Assembly: GCA_002162795.1 (NCBI GenBank)
Contig: MAAY01000082.1
Span: forward strand, 15,480 to 79,479
From: Rhodobacterales bacterium 56_14_T64
Lineage (GTDB): Bacteria > Pseudomonadota > Alphaproteobacteria > Rhodobacterales > Rhodobacteraceae
Reading direction: 5' to 3'
Length of the DNA: 64,000 bases
Positions 28,689 through 37,457 of this stretch are shown here, piece by piece. A program made the translations under genes and the position numbers. The notes beneath the pieces are model-generated. The model did not search any database and was not told where the DNA came from. It saw nothing but the letters and a program-made list of their open reading frames with translations. Within the stretch, counting starts at the first letter, position 1, and each line of letters starts with the position of its first letter.

Positions 28689-29492
28689 TTAGTGGACCGG
28701 AGCGGCCACCGGATCCAGCAATGTGCGGCCACCGTCCAGTGTCACCACCTGCCCGGTCATAAAGCCCGACGCCTCGGAGGCTAAGAATTGCGCCGTCTCG
28801 GTCAGCTCAGTCGGCGAGGCAATACGACCAAGAGGAGTATGTTGCTCGATATCCTCACGATAGGCACGGTTTTCCTTTAACACCGCCTTCAGTGAAGCGC
28901 TCATCATCGAACCAAAGGCAATGCTGTTGACCCTTATCCGATGCGGCGCCAGCGCCACCGACAGCGACCGCGTCATCTGGTCCATTGCTGCCGAGGAGAC
29001 CGAATAGGCCATCAACTCGGGGTGGGTGCGGCGTGCAGCAATCGAGGACAGGTTGACGATTGACCCCAGCGGCCCGCTGCCTTCGCGGCCTTCGCCCTGT
29101 TTCATCATCCGCTTCGCCACCTGCTGCGATAGCCGCAGGGTTGGCAGCAGGTTCTCGGTCAGCAGCACTTCGGTCGAATCGTCTTCGGGGTCTAGCGGAT
29201 CGCTGGTCAGCACCTGACGAGCGCCATTGACCAAAATGTCGATCTGGTCAAAGGCGTCAATGGTGGCGGACAGCAGATTGGCAATGGTCAACCGCTCGCG
29301 CAGGTCACCAGCAAAATACCGAGTGCTGCTGTCCTCGGGCTGGTTGCCCAGCTCACGGATCAATCCGGCCTCATCCACGTCAGCAAACATCACATTGGCC
29401 CCGGCGGCAGCAAATTGCTTGCCTATGGCGAGGCCAATGCCATTGGCAGCACCGGTCACGATGGCGGTTTTGCCGGAAATGGAAAAGGACAT
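28689..29492 (-). CDS. SDR-family oxidoreductase
   Basis: 'AIVTGAANGIGLAIG' Rossmann motif and 'YSVSSAA' catalytic region. 23 nt upstream of hemF. Confidence 0.85.
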   Translation of the reverse strand: MSFSISGKTAIVTGAANGIGLAIGKQFAAAGANVMFADVDEAGLIRELGNQPEDSSTRYFAGDLRERLTIANLLSATIDAFDQIDILVNGARQVLTSDPLDPEDDSTEVLLTENLLPTLRLSQQVAKRMMKQGEGREGSGPLGSIVNLSSIAARRTHPELMAYSVSSAAMDQMTRSLSVALAPHRIRVNSIAFGSMMSASLKAVLKENRAYREDIEQHTPLGRIASPTELTETAQFLASEASGFMTGQVVTLDGGRTLLDPVAAPVH

Positions 29493-29572
29493 GGCTAGAG
29501 GCTCCGTCAGGACAATGCAGACGTCAGGTTATCGCGCATTTGCCAAATTGGAAACCACCCCAGTGGCGGCGT

Positions 29573-30568
29573 TCAACGGCGCAGGCGTTTGGGGCGATAA
29601 GCATGCAACACCTTGAACCGGTTGTCGCCTGCAATTTCAGACACCTGCACAAACAGCTCACTTAGGGTGGTCTCGTAAGGCAGATGGCGGTTTGCCACCA
29701 TCCACAGGCTTCCCGAGGATGTCAGCGCCCGCGCGGCGGTGGCGATAAAGGCCTGCCCAAGCGAAGGTTCAGCGCTACGCCCGGTGTGAAATGGCGGGTT
29801 CATGATGATACCATCCAGCAGATGCGGCGGCTTCCACTGACGTGCATCAGCCCAATGGAACTGGGCGCGCGGGTCGGTCACATTACGCTTTGCACAGGCC
29901 AGCGCGCTGTGGTCAGCCTCAACCAAGTGCAGATTCTCGATGACATCATCGCGCTGCAACAAATCAGCCGAAAGATAGCCCCAGCCAGCGCCAAGGTCGG
30001 CCAGATTGCGGCTAAGCTTGGCTGGCAGCGATTCGATCAAAAGACGCGAGGCAGGGTCGATGCCATCCGCCGAGAACACGCCCGGAGCCGTGGTGTAGCC
30101 ATCCACTGTCGTGAAATCTTCAGCCCGCCAATCGGCAAGAACCTGCCCGTCAGCTTCAATCCAGAAAATCTTGCCATGCGCCTTGGAGATCGAAGCAGAC
30201 GGTTCGGTCAGTTTGCGCGCAGCCTTGTAAATCGAATCGATTCCGTCGGTTTTGGCGCCATCAATCAGTACCGGACCGGAACTGACTGCCACGGCCTGCG
30301 CCACCAAGTGCCTTGCCAACGCTTTTGCACGAGGCAGGAAAACCACCGCAGCAGCGATTTCGGTGTCCGGTTCCAGCGCCGCCACGCAGTCATAGCCTTG
30401 GGTGGCAAAGGCGTCGTGATCGGGGCGCATCGGCTGCACCACCAGCACGCGATCCTGCGGCAGCACCGACAGGTCATGTTCGGCGCGCGGGTTGAACACT
30501 GCGATCTTGCCGTTTTCGGGCACGGCAAAGCCACCTGACGTGATCGCCAGGGAGAGACGGATAGACAT
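29573..30568 (-). CDS. class I SAM-dependent rRNA methyltransferase (RsmC/RlmG-like)
   Basis: 331 aa with 'LADLGAGWGYLS' (SAM motif I) and 'IIMNPPFHTGR' (N-methyltransferase NPPF motif). Confidence 0.78.
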   Translation of the reverse strand: MSIRLSLAITSGGFAVPENGKIAVFNPRAEHDLSVLPQDRVLVVQPMRPDHDAFATQGYDCVAALEPDTEIAAAVVFLPRAKALARHLVAQAVAVSSGPVLIDGAKTDGIDSIYKAARKLTEPSASISKAHGKIFWIEADGQVLADWRAEDFTTVDGYTTAPGVFSADGIDPASRLLIESLPAKLSRNLADLGAGWGYLSADLLQRDDVIENLHLVEADHSALACAKRNVTDPRAQFHWADARQWKPPHLLDGIIMNPPFHTGRSAEPSLGQAFIATAARALTSSGSLWMVANRHLPYETTLSELFVQVSEIAGDNRFKVLHAYRPKRLRR

Positions 30569-30580
30569 AGGAGAGGCCTC

Positions 30581-30943
30581 TTATTCTTCTTTTTCCATGG
30601 TACATTGCAGCGGATGCTGCTGGCGGCGGGCAAAATCCATCACCTGGCCAACCTTGGTCTCGGCGATTTCATGGCTGAACACGCCAACCACCGCCAGGCC
30701 CTTTTTGTGGACCACCAGCATGATTTCAAACGACTCGGCATGGGTCAGGCCAAAGAAACGTTCCAGCACCATCACCACAAATTCCATCGGCGTATAGTCG
30801 TCATTCAACAACAACACCTTATATCGTGGAGGGCGCTGGGTCTTCGGCTTGGTCTTAGTGAGGACGCCGGTGTCCGTGGAGTCATCTGACTGGTCCGACA
30901 TGGTATGGGGCAGCAGTGGCATTATGGTTTCAATCCGGGTCAT
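30581..30943 (-). CDS. clpS: ATP-dependent Clp protease adaptor
   Basis: '[24 protein letters not shown]...HKKGLAVVG' ClpS core. An alternative start is ATG 30901. Confidence 0.9.
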   Translation of the reverse strand: MTRIETIMPLLPHTMSDQSDDSTDTGVLTKTKPKTQRPPRYKVLLLNDDYTPMEFVVMVLERFFGLTHAESFEIMLVVHKKGLAVVGVFSHEIAETKVGQVMDFARRQQHPLQCTMEKEE

Positions 30944-31011
30944 GCATAGAAATTCGTCACCCGCTTATATAGCCTCTATCTCGGCGAGGAAAAGAGAAAG
31001 CGAGCAATACT

Positions 31012-31725
31012 ATGGCAGGTAGGTTAACGACCATCGGTTTTGACGCTGATGATACGCTTTGGCACAACGAGCGTTTCTTTCGGATTACCCAGCAGAAGTT
31101 TACCGAATTGCTAAGCGATCACACGCCCGTTGACTTAGACGCCGAGCGGTTGGGTGAACGCTTGCTGGCGGCGGAAAAGCGCAATCTTGGACGTTATGGC
31201 TACGGCGTCAAAGGCTTTACCTTGTCGATGATCGAAACCGCTATAGAGGTGACTGATGCACGGGTTCCAGCCACGGTGATTCACGAGCTGATCGAAGCCG
31301 GGCAAATGATGCTGTCTTTTCCTATCGAGCTACTGCCCCATGCGCGTGATGCAGTCACTGAACTGGCTAACAAGTACCGTGTGGTGCTGGTGACTAAGGG
31401 CGACCTTCTGGATCAGGAACGCAAACTGGCACAATCCGGGTTGGGCGATCTGTTCGACGCTGTTGAAATCGTTTCAGAGAAAAATCCCGAAATATACCGG
31501 GAGGTTTTCAAAAGGTGCGGTGACGGGGTGGCAAAGGCGATGATGGTGGGTAACTCCCTGCGCTCGGATGTGGCTCCGATGATCGAGGCCGGCGGTTGGG
31601 GCACCTATGTGCCACACAGTCTAACCTGGGAATTGGAACAGGCCGCCGCTCCCGAGGATGAGCCACATTTCCACCAAATTCAGAATCTTTCGGAACTGGC
31701 AGAGTTGTTGTCTGACATCGCTTGA
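31012..31725 (+). CDS. HAD-superfamily hydrolase
   Basis: 237 aa with DxDxT motif 'GFDADDTLW', 'VTKGD' and 'MVGNSLRSD' HAD motifs. Confidence 0.8.
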   Translation: MAGRLTTIGFDADDTLWHNERFFRITQQKFTELLSDHTPVDLDAERLGERLLAAEKRNLGRYGYGVKGFTLSMIETAIEVTDARVPATVIHELIEAGQMMLSFPIELLPHARDAVTELANKYRVVLVTKGDLLDQERKLAQSGLGDLFDAVEIVSEKNPEIYREVFKRCGDGVAKAMMVGNSLRSDVAPMIEAGGWGTYVPHSLTWELEQAAAPEDEPHFHQIQNLSELAELLSDIA

Positions 31726-31732
31726 GCTGAGC

Positions 31733-31792
31733 GTAGGGTGCGTGCTTGCACGCACCATTTGCCCGACCGGTGCGTGCAAGCACACACCCTAC
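31733..31792. repeat. REP inverted doublet
   Basis: GTAGGGTGCGTGCTTGCACGCACC (31733-31756), then 12 nt, then GGTGCGTGCAAGCACACACCCTAC (31769-31792). 8 nt after the HAD stop. Confidence 0.88.
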
Positions 31793-31950
31793 ATATATTG
31801 CCGCCGCGGCGCGCATCGCATGTAAACGACGTGCGCCAGGCTTGAACCAACGCCACGCTATTTTGTCTCCTGCAATGTTCGACCTGACAAAAGGTTCCCA
31901 TTGTCCAAAGTGCAGATTAAGTTTTGTCGAACATTTAACCGGAGACAGAA

Positions 31951-32277
31951 ATGCCGCACGCAGAAATCAAGTATTCATCCGACCTCATTATTGACCCCAA
32001 AGCGATATTGGCTGAAATCGAAACCGTAATCCAAGATCACGATGGTAGCGCAGGTGATTGCAAGGGGCGCGGCTATCCAACCAGTCACTACCATCATAGC
32101 CACATCACCATTTCGGTCGCCCTGCTCGCAAAACCACACCGCGACGACGCCTATTCCAAGACGTTGCTGAAAAAACTGGAAACGCGCATCAAAGCGTTGA
32201 TCCACGTGCCTTGTGCTTTCTCCCTCGGACTTGAATACATAACTCCATTCTACGTCACGTCCCTTCACAAACCATGA
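31951..32277 (+). CDS. 5-carboxymethyl-2-hydroxymuconate isomerase-family tautomerase
   Basis: 108 aa beginning 'MPHAEIKYS' (Pro-1 tautomerase-type N-terminus of the CHMI family). Confidence 0.7.
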   Translation: MPHAEIKYSSDLIIDPKAILAEIETVIQDHDGSAGDCKGRGYPTSHYHHSHITISVALLAKPHRDDAYSKTLLKKLETRIKALIHVPCAFSLGLEYITPFYVTSLHKP

Positions 32278-32523
32278 TCCAGCGGTGCTGATTCTTGTGG
32301 CATGAAGGCATCAGGTCAGCAAGAAAACGCCCGGATATTGAGTAACACAATCTTAACCACCACTTCATGTAGCAGGAGCCCCCCTAAAACCTACCGTATG
32401 TCGCCAAACCACCAAGCCTCGCCGCCGGCGATTTCAAAGCGCATGTATCTTCTAAAAGGAGGATGTGTTAACTTCTGCCCAGGCAAAAAAAGTCAGTCGG
32501 ACAACCGGCGGCATGAGGCAGAC

Positions 32524-34071
32524 ATGGTAAATATCGCGCAGGTTCGGTGCATCCTTCCGGCCCGTTTGGGCTTGGGTATTCTCACAGCATTTTGGCTGGG
32601 CATTGTTATGCCTATAGCCGCCAACACTGCGCCCTACGCGGCGATGGTGATGGATGCGCGCACCGGTGAGGTTCTACATTCAAGAAACGCTGACACCCGG
32701 TTGCATCCGGCGTCGCTGACCAAGATGATGACATTGTACATCGTCTTTGAAGCGGTGCGAAATGGCGAGATCTCTCTGGACACCAAGATCACAATCAGCC
32801 GGAATGCGACCTCTGAGCCGCCCTCTAAGCTGGGCCTTAGAACCGGGCAGAAAATTGCTTTGCGCTATCTGATTCGAGCCGCAGCGGTAAAATCCGCCAA
32901 TGATGCGGCCACAGCGCTGGGAGAGGCCATCTCGGGATCCGAGGCGGCATTCGCCCGTCGTATGACCCGCACCGCCAAGTCATTGGGCATGACCCGCACC
33001 ACATTTAAGAACGCACATGGGCTAACCCAGTCGGGCCATCTTTCGACAGCGCGTGACATGACCAAATTGGGGCGGCACATCCTGTATGACTATCCCGAGT
33101 ATTATAACTTGTTTTCGCGCAAATCGACCGACGCTGGCGTCAAACAAGTCAACAACACCAACCGCCGCTTGCTGGGTTCCTATCGTGGCGCCGATGGCAT
33201 CAAGACCGGATATACCAACGCTGCCGGCTTTAACCTGGTGGCGTCTGCCAAGCGCGGCAACGAGCGCGTCATCGCCACCGTGTTTGGCGGAAAATCAAGC
33301 GCCTCGCGCAATGCAAAAGTTGCTGAACTGCTGGATCTAGGGTTCCGCCAGGCGCCGTCACAGGCCCGGCTGCGCCGCCCAAGCCTGCCGCGATACGTTG
33401 GCAATATCGAAGCCCCGGTTGTGGCGAGCGCCGGAGGCACCGGCAAAACTGTCCGCCCCAACGGTCTCGTGACCACCAGCTTGCGTCCTAAAACACGCCC
33501 TGTTGCAGACACGGGTGAAACAGTCTTACGTCTGGCCGAGGCCGAGGCTGCGCCAGTACCTGGCGCGACCGCCGAAACCGAAGGTGGCACTGATCAAAAC
33601 CTTCTACGGACAAGTATTCAGGCCGCATTGGTCGAGGCCGAAGAAACTCCAGACACGATGGTAGCTGCGGTACAAATTGATGAAGCCACGGAACAAGTGG
33701 CGCTTGCCATGGCCGCGGTTCCAGAACCGGCTGTCTTTACCGGTTTGCGTCCTGTTGCGCGTCCGGCAAACCTGCGAACAACGCCTGCGGCTGCGCCGGT
33801 ACCGGTTGTGGTGACCCGTCTGTCTACCTCTGGTGGACGTCATTGGGGCATCAATGTCGGTCGCTTCAACACCCGGTACCAGGCCGAAAAAGTTCTCTTG
33901 CGGACCGCGCTGGCGGAGATGTCGACACTGGATGGATCCCTGCGCAAGGTGGGACAATCCAGCCGTGGCTTTGAGGCCAATTTCCTAGGGATGACTCAGG
34001 AGGGCGCCGATCTGGCTTGCCGCCGTCTCAGCGCCCGCAACGTCACCTGCACCACAATCGGGCCGTCCTGA
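32524..34071 (+). CDS. D-alanyl-D-alanine carboxypeptidase (S11, PBP5/6-like) with C-terminal SPOR domain
   Basis: 'HPASLTKMMT' (SxxK), 'SAND' (SxN) and 'KTGYT' (KTG) motifs. Pro/Ala-rich linker. C-terminal SPOR-like 'WGINVGRFNTRYQAEKVL'. ATG 32524 follows GAGG. Confidence 0.88.
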   Translation: MVNIAQVRCILPARLGLGILTAFWLGIVMPIAANTAPYAAMVMDARTGEVLHSRNADTRLHPASLTKMMTLYIVFEAVRNGEISLDTKITISRNATSEPPSKLGLRTGQKIALRYLIRAAAVKSANDAATALGEAISGSEAAFARRMTRTAKSLGMTRTTFKNAHGLTQSGHLSTARDMTKLGRHILYDYPEYYNLFSRKSTDAGVKQVNNTNRRLLGSYRGADGIKTGYTNAAGFNLVASAKRGNERVIATVFGGKSSASRNAKVAELLDLGFRQAPSQARLRRPSLPRYVGNIEAPVVASAGGTGKTVRPNGLVTTSLRPKTRPVADTGETVLRLAEAEAAPVPGATAETEGGTDQNLLRTSIQAALVEAEETPDTMVAAVQIDEATEQVALAMAAVPEPAVFTGLRPVARPANLRTTPAAAPVPVVVTRLSTSGGRHWGINVGRFNTRYQAEKVLLRTALAEMSTLDGSLRKVGQSSRGFEANFLGMTQEGADLACRRLSARNVTCTTIGPS

Positions 34072-34086
34072 CCCGCAAAGTCGCAC

Positions 34087-34111
34087 AGTGCGTGCCAGCA
34101 CGCACCCTACA
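34087..34111 (-). repeat. REP unit (variant)
   Basis: AGTGCGTGC-CA-GCACGCACC-CTACA, 16 nt after the carboxypeptidase stop. Confidence 0.8.
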
Positions 34112-34152
34112 CTTATTCAGGATTTGTTAACCACGATCGCAGATGCTGAGGC

Positions 34153-34689
34153 ATGTCCCAGTATCTGCGCCCCCGTGCTCCCGGCGCCACGATCTTTTTT
34201 ACTGTGTGTCTGGCCGAGCGCGAATCGACCCTATTGATCGACGAAATAGACGCTCTGCGTGCCGCAGTGGGCCTGACCCGTCGGGCCCGCCCATTCCACG
34301 TCGACGCATGGGTGGTGCTGCCTGATCACATGCACTGCATTTGGACCCTACCCGAAAGCGACTGCGATTTTTCCACTCGCTGGCTACAGATCAAAACACG
34401 GTTTTCCCGCAATGTGCCGCGAAAAGTCACTCGCGCCAGCCAGTTGGCCCGACAAGAACGCGGCATCTGGCAACGGCGTTTCTGGGAGCACCATATCCGC
34501 AATCGCCAGGATTACCGCCACCATATGCAGCTGTGCCGCGACACTCCGCTGCGCCTTGGTCTCGTCGAGCAGAGCGTTGATTGGCCCTTTTCGTCATTCT
34601 CGCCCGACCGTGTAGGGTGTGTGCTGGCACGCACCTCCGACAGGTCAAGCATTCTCAGGGTTTGGGATGATCATCCCACTCGTCATTGA
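34153..34689 (+). CDS. REP-associated tyrosine transposase (RAYT; IS200/IS605 Y1-like)
   Basis: 178 aa. HuH motif 'LPDHMHCIW', then 'WQRRFWEHHIRNRQDYRHHMQLCRDTPLRLGLV...DWPFSSF', the RAYT-typical block containing the catalytic Tyr helix. The last ~25 codons read through a REP. Confidence 0.8.
   Translation: MSQYLRPRAPGATIFFTVCLAERESTLLIDEIDALRAAVGLTRRARPFHVDAWVVLPDHMHCIWTLPESDCDFSTRWLQIKTRFSRNVPRKVTRASQLARQERGIWQRRFWEHHIRNRQDYRHHMQLCRDTPLRLGLVEQSVDWPFSSFSPDRVGCVLARTSDRSSILRVWDDHPTRH
34612..34635 (+). repeat. REP unit (variant)
   Basis: GTAGGGTGTGTGC-TG-GCACGCACC. Lies inside the 3' end of the RAYT ORF and 20 nt beyond the ccoS stop. Confidence 0.8.
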
Positions 34690-34813
34690 GAATGCGACGC
34701 GAATCGCCGTCGGGGTCGTCATACTGATTGCTACGCACCGTATACAGAAACCCAGCCAGACCCAGCCCGCCGAGGATCAGAGAGATCGGGATCAAGAAGA
34801 TCAGGACGTCCAT
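34655..34813 (-). CDS. ccoS: cbb3 oxidase maturation protein CcoS/FixS (52 aa; below ORF-track cutoff)
   Basis: Hand-translated: MDVLIFLIPISLILGGLGLAGFLYTVRSNQYDDPDGDSRRILNDEWDDHPKP*. Located 4 nt after the ccoI stop, the canonical ccoGHIS position. Confidence 0.85.
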   Translation of the reverse strand: MDVLIFLIPISLILGGLGLAGFLYTVRSNQYDDPDGDSRRILNDEWDDHPKP

Positions 34814-34817
34814 AGAG

Positions 34818-36995
34818 TCACCTCAGCCGTAGTGCATTCAGCGACACCGTAATCGACGAGGTCGACATCGCTAAGGCGGCGATCAGTGGGGTCGCCAGCC
34901 CGGCTACAGCCAGCGGCACCGCAATCACGTTATACAGAGTGGCAAGGCGGAAATTCTCGCGGATGCGTTTGGTGGCCCGCTGGGCAACATCACAAGCCTC
35001 GGCGATGGGTGTCAGATCCTGCCCCAGCAGTACGATATCCGAAGCCACACGCGCAGCGTCCAGCGCCGAGGCGGGCGAGATCGACACATGCGCGGCGACC
35101 AAAGCGGCAGTGTCATTCAACCCATCGCCAACCATCAACACCTTATGGCCCTGATCCGATAATGCTTTGATCCGCGCTACTTTGTCCTCAGGCAATGCCT
35201 CACCCACCCAATTGGTGATGCCCAGACGTGATGCTAGGCTCTCAACCACGCGTCTGGTATCACCGGACACCAACAGGACCTGCTTACCGGCGCCCAGCAG
35301 CGCCTGCACCGCCTCGGTCGCTCCGGGGCGCAGGGCATCGGTGAACTGGAACCCTTTGGGGTTGCCATCCCCGGTGTCCAGCCAAGCCGTTGTCAAAATG
35401 CTTGGCGGCGCACCAACCCAGGCCGCGCGGCCCAAACGCACGGGCGCGCCGCGAAACTGACCTTCGGCGCCATAACCCGGCACCTCGTGAATATCCGTCA
35501 CCTCAGCAGGCGCAACCCCGGCCTCCCGCGCGGCCTGTGCCAAACTGCGGGACAGCGGGTGTGCCGATGCCTCGGCCAGAGCCAGGGCAATCCTTAGGTC
35601 GGCTTGCGGGACATCATCCAGATTGATCAGCTGCGGTGTGCCAGCCGTCAGGGTGCCGGTTTTGTCGAACACCACGGTGTCTACCTGCGCCAACCGTTCT
35701 AACGCGGTGGCGTCTTTGATCAGCATTCCCTTGCGGAACAACCGCCCCGAAGCAGCGGTGGTCACGGCAGGCACCGCCAACCCCAACGCACAGGGACAAG
35801 TGATGATCAGCACCGCAGCCGCAATGTTCAACGCCGTGCGCAGATCCCAAGTGTACAGATACCAGCCAACAAAGCTGAACGCCGACAGGATGTGAACGCC
35901 GGGTGCATAAAGCTTTGCGGCGTTATCCGCCAGTGAGGTGTAACGCGACCGCCCGGACTCGGCGATGGCCACCAGATCCGCCATCCGGTGCAGCGAAGTG
36001 TCTTTGCCCACGGCAGAGGCACGGATGGTCAGCGGTCCGGTCAGATTGACCTCTCCCGCGGAAATCACCAGTCCTGGTTCGGCAAAGACTGGCAGGGTTT
36101 CGCCGGTCAGCAGCGAACGGTCTAGCTCTGACTGCCCCGACACCACCGTACCGTCCACCGGCATGCGACCACCGGGACGGACCAGAATCAGATCGCCAAT
36201 CGCCAGTTCGCCGACAGCCACTTCGCTTTCGACACCGTCACCCAGACGGATGGCACGGGGCACTTCCAGCGCGGCCAGTTCTTCAGCAGCGGATCGTGCA
36301 ACTGCACGGGTGCGATAGTCCAGATAGCGCCCGGCCAGCAGAAAAAAGGTCAGCGTCAGCGCCGCGTCAAAATAGGCATGTTCGCCGGATAGCGAGGTTT
36401 CCCACAGCGAGGTGACCAGCGCCAGCACCAAAGCTAGCACAATCGGCACGTCCATGTTCAGCCGCCGCACCCGCAGCGCGCTCCAGGCAGATTTAAAAAA
36501 CGGCTGTGCGGAGAAGGCAATGGCTGGCAGCGTAATCACCGCCGAGATCCAGTGGAACATATCGCGGGTCGCGTCCGCCGCCCCGGCCCAGATCGAGACC
36601 GACAGCAACATCACATTCATCGAGGCAAATCCAGCCACCGCCAGCCGCATCAGCAGATCGCGCCCGGCCTTGTCATTTTGGGTTGATGACAGCACCGCCA
36701 GATCCAACTCGTACGCTTCAAAACCCAGACCCTCCAGCACCGGGATCAGATCAGTGGCGCGCATATCGGGCGTTGCCTCGATCATCGCCCGTTTCAGGGT
36801 CAGGTTGACCCGCGCCGAGGTCACGCCGGGCACCGCATTCAAACCACGCTCCACCGTCGAGATGCAGGCCTGGCAGTGAATACTCGGAAGTGACAGAGCC
36901 AAACGCGTGGCCACTGGCGCGTCCTCAACCGCCTCACGCGGGGTGGCCAGACATCCGGGGCAGGCCGCAAGAGATGGGTTGAGCTGGGCTGCCAT
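34818..36995 (-). CDS. ccoI: copper-translocating P1B-type ATPase CcoI/FixI
   Basis: 725 aa with N-terminal metal-binding 'CQAC', 'CPC' TM motif, 'DKTGTLT' phosphorylation site and 'GDGLND'. Confidence 0.92.
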   Translation of the reverse strand: MAAQLNPSLAACPGCLATPREAVEDAPVATRLALSLPSIHCQACISTVERGLNAVPGVTSARVNLTLKRAMIEATPDMRATDLIPVLEGLGFEAYELDLAVLSSTQNDKAGRDLLMRLAVAGFASMNVMLLSVSIWAGAADATRDMFHWISAVITLPAIAFSAQPFFKSAWSALRVRRLNMDVPIVLALVLALVTSLWETSLSGEHAYFDAALTLTFFLLAGRYLDYRTRAVARSAAEELAALEVPRAIRLGDGVESEVAVGELAIGDLILVRPGGRMPVDGTVVSGQSELDRSLLTGETLPVFAEPGLVISAGEVNLTGPLTIRASAVGKDTSLHRMADLVAIAESGRSRYTSLADNAAKLYAPGVHILSAFSFVGWYLYTWDLRTALNIAAAVLIITCPCALGLAVPAVTTAASGRLFRKGMLIKDATALERLAQVDTVVFDKTGTLTAGTPQLINLDDVPQADLRIALALAEASAHPLSRSLAQAAREAGVAPAEVTDIHEVPGYGAEGQFRGAPVRLGRAAWVGAPPSILTTAWLDTGDGNPKGFQFTDALRPGATEAVQALLGAGKQVLLVSGDTRRVVESLASRLGITNWVGEALPEDKVARIKALSDQGHKVLMVGDGLNDTAALVAAHVSISPASALDAARVASDIVLLGQDLTPIAEACDVAQRATKRIRENFRLATLYNVIAVPLAVAGLATPLIAALAMSTSSITVSLNALRLR

Positions 36996-37001
36996 TGCAG
37001 A

Positions 37002-37454
37002 TCAGCCTTTCACGTGCAGGATCACCCGCTGGGTGAACTCGGTGCCATCTTTGGCCCGCGCCACCATTCGGATATTCCAATTGCCCGCACCCAACTGCGC
37101 CGGAGCGACATAGGCCTTGCCGTCGAACTGAAAAACCGGATTTTGGTCGTCTTTGATGTGGGTGGCGCGCCCCAAGGTCGCCGTCAGCTTGACCACTTCA
37201 ACCGGGTTGCCCGCGGCATCGGTGATCTCCAATTTGACCTGACTATCAGAGGCCGAGGCATAGACCGACCAGCCCAAAGCTTCTTGTGCGGTGCGGCGGC
37301 GGTCAAAGCTCTGGCTGGCGATATAGCCGTTGTTCACCTCAAGCCCGGGAAAGGTGCGAACCGCATTATAGGCCAAGGCCAGGTTGACGCTGATGATCAC
37401 CCCAAAGAAGCCGACAAATACCATCGCGGCATGACGCCCGGTGAATTCTTTCAT
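37002..37454 (-). CDS. ccoH: cbb3 oxidase assembly protein CcoH/FixH
   Basis: 150 aa with a single N-terminal TM helix and FixH-like sequence. Position between ccoG and ccoI. Confidence 0.85.
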   Translation of the reverse strand: MKEFTGRHAAMVFVGFFGVIISVNLALAYNAVRTFPGLEVNNGYIASQSFDRRRTAQEALGWSVYASASDSQVKLEITDAAGNPVEVVKLTATLGRATHIKDDQNPVFQFDGKAYVAPAQLGAGNWNIRMVARAKDGTEFTQRVILHVKG

Positions 37455-37457
37455 CGC

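Larger units (their letters stand above)
34087..34635 (+). mobile_element. REPtron: RAYT gene bracketed by inverted REP units
   Basis: REP at 34087-34111 and inverted REP at 34612-34635 flank/overlap the 34153..34689 ORF. Confidence 0.7.

Noticed and set aside
31508-31816. Track ORFs crossing REP doublets (also 31680..31901, 46694..46891, 46756..46974 and 58986..59183) with recurring 'CKHAPY'/'CVLART' peptides
   Set aside because: The shared peptides are just translations of the REP palindrome. The ORFs are otherwise unrelated and lie in intergenic DNA.
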